DNA of 62,279 nt, counting the filler, from Dimargaris cristalligena (taxonomy: Eukaryota): the NCBI GenBank assembly GCA_003614675.1. It is 7 parts of 7 records of this genome, joined end to end, with 100 filler letters (N's around TTAATTAATTAA, not from the genome) between each part and the next. Parts side by side here need not be neighbours in the genome. Positions count along the whole stretch, not along the records: positions 9,008 to 17,859 come from ML003302.1; positions 17,960 to 26,674 come from ML003303.1; 5 more parts are not named here. One strand, 5' to 3'. Position numbers and translations under genes: made by a program. Below are positions 13,136-22,400 of the stretch, piece by piece (the stretch's first letter is position 1; each line of letters opens with the position of its first letter). A model generated the notes under the pieces. It did not search any database. It saw only the letters and a list, made by a program, of their open reading frames with translations, and was not told the DNA's origin.

Positions 13136-14953
13136 ATGGGTTTCCCCAAAATTCAAGTCGATTCCCGGGAGGACATACTCTTTCTCAAGGACGAACTAGC
13201 CAAGGCCGCCCGCGGTTTCCTCAGCACTAACCAAGCCTTTCTAGCCTTCCAGGAGGAATGTACGGACCAGGAAAAAGACGGTGGTAGCCAACGCCTGGGT
13301 CGCGCGCAGCAAGTGGTCGACGTTTTGACGGTTCAGGTAAGCGAAATATAGCCAACTCGAACCACCTGTCTCGGTGTGAATAACTCATTTTAATTACCAC
13401 CTCCCAATATATTATACCTCTACTCATATATACATATATGAATGGAGATAAACCCCCCAACTGTATAGTCATAATGTTGGTCCCATATATAACTAATACA
13501 TGTATACTTCTTTGTATCTTAATCATACTACCAGTGGGTCGATCGCCTATTCCAAATGGCCGGTTACGGTATTCAGGTCAATGGCCTTGAGTTTGAAGAA
13601 GCCATGTTGCCTGATCTAGGTAAGCGCCATATTATATTGTATTCTACTGACCCTTCCTGAAGACTGTGACGGAAAACCACCACCTATTCGTAGAAAAGAT
13701 CTAGAATAAGGGTAGAGCTTTATATACTAGCACACGAATATTACCCCGTTCCCAGATGAGGCAACTTGTGTCTATATCGACCAAAATCGCCTAACTAATT
13801 TTGACTCGATTGAATGTAATGGAAACAATACTCCGCCGGGATACTGACGATACCCCCTCCCCTCTCCAATATAACCTCTTTCTCTCTCTCTCTCTTATGT
13901 GTTTGATCTCTTTAGAAATGGAACCCTACGACGAGGCGCTTCACCTAGAGACCCAGAACCTACAGGCTAGGGTTGAGGATCTAACACTTAAAGTGGCCGA
14001 GCAGCGGCGGACCATACCCGCCCAAATTGAGAAGTTGGCACAGGCCCAAGCTGAACACCGCAACGCCTACCTTGATCAACTCACTAACCAAGAAGGCCCC
14101 CCCCCAAATTGGCCAACCCAATGCTGATACATCGCCATTGAAATCCACCGAAGAGACCCGGACTGGTAAGTTGGGCCCTCCCCTAATCCTAGATATGTCT
14201 AATGTATACCCTCTTTTTGTTTTCATCCGCCTGTTTGGTCAATAATACTCTAAGGGATGTCCGCTAAGGATCGCCATTCCAAGGCGATCAAATTGCATTA
14301 GGAGTAATGTATTTACATGATATTCGGTGAATGATCTGTTATTATTATGAACCTACATCCACTTTAGAGTCGTATTTGCCCGACCGCTGTCACACGGAAT
14401 ACTCCAAAGCTGTTGATAATATAGTTGAAATAAAGAAGGTAAGCTATAACGACGACTCTTGTGAATATACACATACACCCGAAACTATACCGGGGCGTAC
14501 ACTGCCTCCTATATTATAATAGATACTCCCATTTTCTAGGAATTAAACCCCGCGGTTGTGGATACTGTCATGTTGATATGGGAGAAGTTTATCCAAGCTG
14601 TATAACGAAAAATCCATTAGATTCGGCCAATATTACTAGTTAAAAATACATTTCCCATATATTCTCCCATACACATATAATGTAAACCCTTATATAGCTG
14701 GACTGAATTTCACCCATATCTATACAATTTCTCTCTCCTACTCTAGGCCCTTCCCGCTACTCTCGCCAAACTTGATCGAATCCAAACGGCTCTACACGAT
14801 GAACAAGAAATTCGAACCAACGACCTTGTCCCCAACTATACGGGGACCGCGACTAAATCCGAAGCCGGCACAATAGGCACTGACGACCAAAGCCAGCAGC
14901 AGGCACTGCTGGAAAGGTTAACTCGACCCTTGGGGGCACCTACCTCTATATAA
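13136..14953 (+). CDS. Kinetochore MIND/Mis12-complex subunit Nsl1/Mis14-like, 5 exons, with an apparent +1 frameshift at a C9 run (14097-14105)
   Basis: Spliced product MGFPKIQVDSREDILFL..WVDRLFQMAGYGIQVNG..EPYDEALH..VEDLTLKVAEQRRTIP..EYSKAVDNIVEIKKALPATLAKLDRIQ follows the Mis14 pattern. Introns are canonical GT-AG. Confidence 0.75.
14579..14716 (+). mobile_element. MITE family A copy 1 (~140 bp, ~28-bp imperfect TIRs, TA flanks), in intron 4 of the Nsl1-like gene
   Basis: TGGGAGAAGTTTATCCAAGCTGTATAA...TTATATAGCTGGACTGAATTTCACCCA, with homologous copies elsewhere in the window. Confidence 0.85.
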
Positions 14954-15320
14954 TTAGAGTCGGGACTGGGGACTACCCACGGGGCTATACTTGGACCTAC
15001 ACGCGGAACTTTAGGGGAAATTTGACCACACTTTATCCGACATACTCCATCCTTCGAAATGTTTTATATACTGTAGTTTTATATTATTTTACTGTTTACT
15101 AGTAAAAAGAGATCGTTAATATGTTTGTAAGCGCTCAGTAAATAAGTTGGAGTCTATGAAAGTAAATTACCAGTGTACTCCGGCCCTTTTGGACTCACTA
15201 ATTATACAAAAGGGAATGCGAAGATCCAATTTGGAGAGTAGACCTGCAAAGCAGCCAAGAAGAAGAAAACCCCCCTTCATTTAGTCAGGTAGCAGTGAAT
15301 TGGGCATTCTTTGGACTATG

Positions 15321-17477
15321 TTAAGGATACTGCTGGAAAGTATCCGTAATATCTCGACTATCCAACTGAACCATAAGATTTCCCAGGCGCTGTCGAACCT
15401 GGATTAACCGACTAAAGAGCGTATCCACTCGGTCCACGCGACGGTGGAAATTTGCCAAATGAGAGAAGAGAGTGGTTTGCACGAGCTGGAGTGAGTCGTC
15501 CTGATCCGGCTATAAATTGAGAAATATATATATATATTAAATATCCCCAAATAAGAAACAAGGTGGGTATCAAGGATTGAAGTAGTGTAATTGCAATTAG
15601 ATTGTGATAGAAATAAATTATTATGAAACCTGGGGGGACATCAGCCCAATGAGGTGGTGGTGGGCCTCAAAATGATATTAATCAATTTTACTTACATTGT
15701 AACCGCTCTCTTGGGCCAGAGTCAGACACTGGGTGGCCGCCTGTTCACCACCTGGAATAAGGCCGAGTCGGTCAGTAGGTTCTAAGTCGCGAACGCGTAT
15801 TTTAGGTGTCTAGATGTCATTGTGGGGGTGGAGGGATTGCCCATACCCATTCATTATATATATCAACACGTATATACCCCATGCCAAAAAGATCGACCCA
15901 TTCTTATTAGACGAAAAGCTCATGGGGGGACTGTTCTGGAGGTACTATGGATGGGATACGTAAAGAGATAGCTAAAATTACCAAGCAAGCTATGTTGAAG
16001 GGAAGGTGAGTGCTATTTTCGCACTCCCCTCCCCCCATCATTGTATAATAGGCTAACTTACAATGGTATCGGAGATTTGGTCTTCTCGATTGGCGTCTTT
16101 GACGACTTGTATACTCCTGATGATTCGCTGAATGGTTCTATGGCCATATAAATGATCGGATATGAGAAAACCAGAAGTTGGGAATTAGTTTAAGAAATAC
16201 CCTATTCGGACCGTAATGTATTATATAATAAATTAATTGCATTAAACTTTTCTACAGGTACGGAACATACGTACATATACAGAAGAGGTGGAATTATCGG
16301 AATGAAACTAGATCTAAGCCCTTACCGTTCCTGGTTATCCCGATTGGACTCGAGCCGATATAGATAGTCGAGTTCTTCGAGGAGGTTATTCTCTTGAGTT
16401 CGCTAATTTTATATGTATATTGACCAATGATAACGGTAGTTACCGCCCAGTCATACCATGTGTCTAAGGGGGTTAATAAAAATGGAAAGTGTAATACAAT
16501 CTATTCGGGCGAGCTCTTTCAAGCCCGGCGCTAAATAGCTACCTCCCCACATCAGTTAGCGTGGCATATTAACCCAGTACATTCGTTCTAGAATCGCACT
16601 ACTACTTACCACTTCGGCATACAAATCCTCATAGGGAATACTTTGATTATCATATATCTGGGGAACTCGCAGTTTATCTAATCGCTCGAAGATACTGTAT
16701 ATGTAAATTAAGGAAGGCCAATAATAAGTGAATAAAGGTTGAGGTCATGGAGATTACATTGTTCGCACCTACACTAGATAGTGATCGGTCTGAATATTGC
16801 CTATGATTCGCGTTGCTGAAGCCCATTGACTGTACGAATGTAGCATAGCGACTACTTACCGTGATTGTACAATGTCCAGACTTTCACGCATCGCATCGGC
16901 AATGGAACCTTTGTGGGGCTGGCTTAGGGATGATCTGATGATAGTACGTGCCATGCCCGGAAAATGTACGCGATATTCAGCGAACCCGATATATAGGGGG
17001 GCCCACGCGAAGGAGTGCCAACAATTAAAAGATGGATAGAGGCGGTAGATTAAGGTTGGGTTCGAAATTAGGTATGAATGAGCCAGCGGCTATTGCCGTT
17101 GTAATATTTATACTTTACTTTTCTCCAGGGGGATGGAGGGGGGCTTTTAAGTACCGATTTTTTAAGAGGAATGTATAGGCGTTCTATTGGAATTATAAGT
17201 CACCGTAGCTTCCCAAAGTCCGGTGCCTCTATGGCGCTTCTAAATAAGCAAGGAGCGAAGGGAAGTATGGCTGAATAGCGAAGGCAACTTACCGAACACT
17301 TGCGTCGACCATGTCCCGAACAGCGGGATACAAATGCGAGGGAATGGGAGCCCATTTGCGTTCAATGGTAGCAAGGGCGACGTGTTTGTTGACTGGCTGT
17401 AGACCAGGACGTCGCCCCCGCTTTTTCCGTGGCTTGGGCGGGGCCGGTTTGGGAGATGGACTTCTGGAATCGGCCAT
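15321..17477 (-). CDS. CENP-Q/Okp1(Fta7)-like inner kinetochore protein, ~7 exons
   Basis: Exons give ..ATIERKWAPIP.., ..ERLDKLRVP..IPYEDLYAEV, RTQENNLLEELDYLYRLE.. and ..YNPDQDDSLQLVQTTLFSHLANF..QQYP*. GTAAG donors at each junction. The motif order matches fungal CENP-Q. Confidence 0.6.
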
Positions 17478-17804
17478 GGTGACTAGTTGCTGGTCCTATT
17501 TGAATAAGAATAGAACGAGGAAAGTGTGAAATTGGGAGTGGCCGACTTGGGGGGGGGGAATAAACCAATAGAGGTGGGAATGGTGCAAACGGGGCTTTAA
17601 ATGACTGTCCTGGACTGACGGCGGGTATGTATAAAGTGTTATTTCTCACAGAAACGACCTGGGTTCTCCTTCCAACTGTACCGATTGACTCAAGTTCAAT
17701 GAATAAAAAAGGCAAGTTCTTTTCATTCCGACTAAATGAAGTCAAGAAAGAGAGATGGGCAGGGGTGGTTATCCCGGAAGAAGCGAAAACCGCAAAAAAT
17801 AATA

Positions 17805-17859
17805 CGATCGCAGCAGGACTCGAACCTGCAATCTCCTGATCCGTAGTCAGGTGCCTTAT
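17805..17859 (-). tRNA. tRNA-Arg(ACG), 5'-truncated by contig end
   Basis: Reverse complement ATAAGGCACCTGACT-ACG-GATCAGGAGATTGCAGGTTCGAGTCCTGCTGCGATCG shows the anticodon stem and T-loop, followed by a downstream T-run. Confidence 0.9.
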
Positions 17860-18347
17860 NNNNNNNNNNNNNNNNNNNNNNNNNNNNNNNNNNNNNNNNN
17901 NNNTTAATTAATTAANNNNNNNNNNNNNNNNNNNNNNNNNNNNNNNNNNNNNNNNNNNNGTTAGAGGGAGGGGGGGTTATTTATATGGAATAAAATACCA
18001 TTCTGATTTTTGGGATACCAGTAGGACCAGAGGCATTGGCAGTAATTCCCCCCCATTCACTGCCCTTACACTGGGATACTATGGGTGGGGCTGAAGATAA
18101 TTCTTTATCGGAAATGTGTGAATGGAATAGGGTAATTTCATCCGGGGTCTTCAGGGTAGAACACCTAGAGATATCTCATCTCATTTATTTACTCACCAAT
18201 CCACCAAGAAGAACTACGAAACAGGGCAATGGCATTTAAAAAAGGGAACGGATGAGAACCCCATACTACCCTGAAGAAATAAGGTGATGAGGAAAATTGG
18301 ATATTCTATTGCCAAATTGGAAAGGACCAGCAGTCATACTCACCTCA

Positions 18348-18706
18348 ACTAAAGCGTATAGTAAAATACTTTAGAGTCGGCCGCGCGGTGTTCCACCATG
18401 CGACCGAGAAGACTTCACGATTAAATAACTAGCCGTTACATGGCGAGTACCCTCAAAATACCGGCCAACGAAAATTTTACTTTCGCAATCCACAAAATTA
18501 AAAAAACTAATCCTACACAATAACCCTCTATAGTAATGGTAGGGACTGGGTAGTTGAGCTTCAAAATCCAATACCCATAAACGACCACTATAACAATTAT
18601 CAACACTCTAATTCGCCAGAAAATACATTCCACTTGGTTAACGAGCTCAATCGTAAAAGTTGAGAATAAAGTAATTTTCGGTTAACTTCATAATATACGC
18701 TTTAGT
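18348..18706. mobile_element. Putative non-autonomous DNA transposon (359 bp) with 13-bp perfect TIRs
   Basis: ACTAAAGCGTATA (18348-18360) and TATACGCTTTAGT (18694-18706). No clean TSD, and only one copy in the window. Confidence 0.4.
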
Positions 18707-19475
18707 CACCCTCCTCCATAATGAACACCATTTTAAACAATCGCTTAACCCTCTAAATACACGCCCCATGTATGGGTCTAATCCCCATCAGAATAATTAC
18801 TATCGATTTTAATTGATCACATACAGATGCGTGAGGTGGGATATTTTGGTTCTAGAAAATAAACGCGAGCAAGGAAATGTGTACTAACAGGAATAGTAAT
18901 AATAGTAAATAATAGTGACCAATACTAAAAAAGTAATCAAATTGATAATACTCGACGCATAGAAATAAAAAACCAGAAGCGGGAAGGAGTACCGAACGGT
19001 ACCAAACAAGAACTGACTTACACAGTAAACCTACGAAAAAGGTCGGCTGATTTAAGGAGGTTGAAAAACTAGGATAAATTCAGAAATAGTAATATGCAAT
19101 CCATGGAAAGCCAGTCGATTAAAAAGGGAACGATGGACAAGACATACTAAACCAATAAAAAATTACCGAAATCAGAGTTTGAAAATAAATTAAAATGGGA
19201 GGTAAATGATTAGTAAAAAATGCAGCGTGAGCCAACCAGTAGGAAATTCCAGCCGGTAAAGGAGGGAAAATAACCCAAAGGTGAGGAAGGGTTAGGCCGT
19301 TCGTCAATGAGAAAAGATAAATCTTACAAAATAGTATTTAATAAAAACTTAAGTTAAGACGCAGCTGAAAGATGAGAGGGTATTGAAAAGAAAAAGCAAT
19401 TAAAAAATGGTGGTAATTTTAAATGGAATCACAAACGAAACCGATAATATAAGGGAGTAAGAGAAATGGCCAAAC

Positions 19476-22400
19476 TTAGATGGGCAACGTTATCGTGAAC
19501 TTGGGTAGGAAACCCAGTTGAGGCACAATGATCAGAGCCAGGAAAATGATGAACATAAAGATAAAGAGGATACCATACGTAATAGCAGTACGGCGGCGTT
19601 CGGTGCGTTGCTTCAGCGAGTAGATTGGGGGGCGGAACTGGCGGGAAGGACGCAGCCAGAACAGCATAGACGAGTGCCACTTATCAACGAGGGGAATGAG
19701 GCAGAAGAGGGCCAGGAAAAACATAATCAGTTGTCCGAGAAGGAAATCGGCGGCGAATAAGGAGGATTCGACAATCTTACAAATGAACTCACGAGCGGGC
19801 AGGGAGATGGCGTGGAAACCCAGGCCCTTACCGAACCATTTACCGGTCCACCAGGCAATATTGGCTTCGTCCTGACCGAATTCACGGGTAAGGAATAGGC
19901 CCATGAGAATTCCAAAGAAGGTGCGCTGCACACAAGCGGTGACCATCATGCCCAAGATGGCCCGGGACATATTGGTCCACCCTTCCATCCACCAGAGGGC
20001 CATGAAAATAATGACTTGGATGAAGGCAGCTCCGAAATGGGCAATGCCAGCAATAGCTGAGCCGAAACCGGGTAGGCAGACGGCCGCGACGGGACCAACG
20101 AGCATGGACACCGGAAGCAATACCATGAGAAGACCCGCGTTAATCAGAACGGGGGCCAGGGAAATGGCCAAAATGCGCAGAATCCAGTTGGCGTTCTTCT
20201 GGGCGTCCTTCTGGGTGCTGTCCATACTATGCAGGAAGACATAGGCCATGACGAGGAGCAGGGACATGAGCAAGGGAATCAGCATCTCCGAGACCAACAT
20301 GACCGATTTGGAGGCACGCGGGACATGGCCAGTAATCTTAGCCGAGGGGTCACCGAGACGCTTGCGCTTGTAACCGGTAATCTTGGTACGCGAAATACGG
20401 CAGTGCGAAATCCACGAGTTGGGATCAGGGCGCGAATTACCGGCACAGAGCCAACGCAGCCATTCCCGGTAGTCGATGATAAAGTCGGTCATCGAGAACT
20501 GATGGGGATTGAAAATGAAGGGTGAGATGATAAGAGCTACGATGGTCACCCAGAAATAAATCAGGGCTAAATTCCCTAAAATGATCGAATTATAGGTTAG
20601 CATGATCATGAGCCGCACCCCCAAATAAATCGAGGAACCGGCAAATCGGGAGTACAGGATGGCGAAGGGCAACCGGGTAGTAGCGAAACCACGACCAGTA
20701 CCAATGTAGCGCGCACCACCGAAAGTCAGATTGTTCAACAGACTGTTGGAATAAATCTGCGTTACAAAGATCTCGTACAGGGGGGAGAAGGAAGCGAAAT
20801 GCTTGCCCAAACGGAAGATACCGGCCCCAAAGCCCTGTTCAGTGAGTACCTGGAGAAATAGGGGCAAGTAGGCGATCAGGAACACGATAATAATGGATAG
20901 AATGGTACGGGTGATCCAGTCGACGACTGGCTTAATGTCGTAACAACCTTCGGGGGTCTTCTTGGAAATGCCTTCAGCGTTGGTCTCGCACATTTCCACC
21001 GTGGACTTGAGCGAGCTCACGAAAACCATGGTCAACATGAAGAGCTGCACGGAAAACAGAATGAAGATGTTGTTGACGTGAAAACCGGGATGGGCGTAGA
21101 AGAAGGTCAGGAAACGGTCGATAGGGAGCTGGGTTCCGATCCAGTACTGCTCACGGGACAACATCTGTTCACCCATACCAGTGCCAATTTTGGTCACGAA
21201 GTTGAGGCAGGAGCAGAAACCCAAATCACGACCCTTACCGCACTGGTAGTACTCGACGTGCTTGATGCGACCGCCGCGTTCAAAGGCATTCATACCGGCA
21301 AAAATATCTTCGTTCAGATGCAGACCCTTCTGAGCCTTACTGATACCACCACGGGTGATCATGAAAATAGCGTTTAGGAAATCGGGGTGACCGTAATGGA
21401 GTTTACCACCAATCTTGGCCATCATACGTTGAGTAAGGGTACCGAAAGTGGCTTCCTTACCGGCAGCCACGTCACCGAGCACACCAACATTTTGGGAGAA
21501 AATGTATTCACGGGCACCCACAATGGCCACGGGGGCGCCAGCGGGTTCGGCGGCGGGGGAATAAGGGGAGATGGACGGAGTGTTGTACTGTTCGAATTCG
21601 CCAAGCACGTTACGGATCTTGAGAGACTCCTCGAGGTAATTGTCCTGGTTAGCATCGATGAGCTGCATGTACTCACCACGGTAAAAAATGACGGAGTGGT
21701 TCTGATTGTCCGATTTACCGTCACCGAGAATTGGGTTACCGGGCATTTCAACACGGTAGTAGGGCTTGAGCTTACCATCCTCCATAATCTCACTATGGCC
21801 ATCGATAAGACAACTAAAAATGCGAGCGGGTTCGCCTTCGGTTTCCGAGGGGACTTCATCCAGGTAGGCAATCTGCAAGTCAGGGTAGGTGCGCAGCAAG
21901 AAATCAACACTTTCACGCTCTTCCTTGTTGAACTTGGTGAAGCGCTGCATACTGATGATGAATTTGAACTTGCGGCGGGCCATGCGCTCCAGTTCCTTCT
22001 CGAGTTTCTCACTGCCGTTGCCGCCTAGAACATGGACCATTTCAGGACTTTCCACGCGGTAGAGAAGCTTGATGGCCTTGGCATAGTTCATGAAACCAGA
22101 GATGGTACGATAAAGGGTCTGGGAACGCAACGAGGCCCATATACGGGTACGAAGAGTGAACTCGGGGGCAGCAGACTTGAAACCAACGCTGTAGAAGGGA
22201 AGGTCGTCGGTCTTGGCCTTGGCTTCAGACTTGGCACCTTCGGCAAAGGCCATGCCGGCGGTGGGGGGCTGATCAAAGGCCATGGAGTTCTCATCCGCCA
22301 GAATCTTGGTGTCCTTAACAAAGTTGTCCCATTCAACGGGGTGCAGAGCCTTGAGATATTCAAGCATGGTCACGCGGGTAAGCTGGTCATTTTCGCGGAT

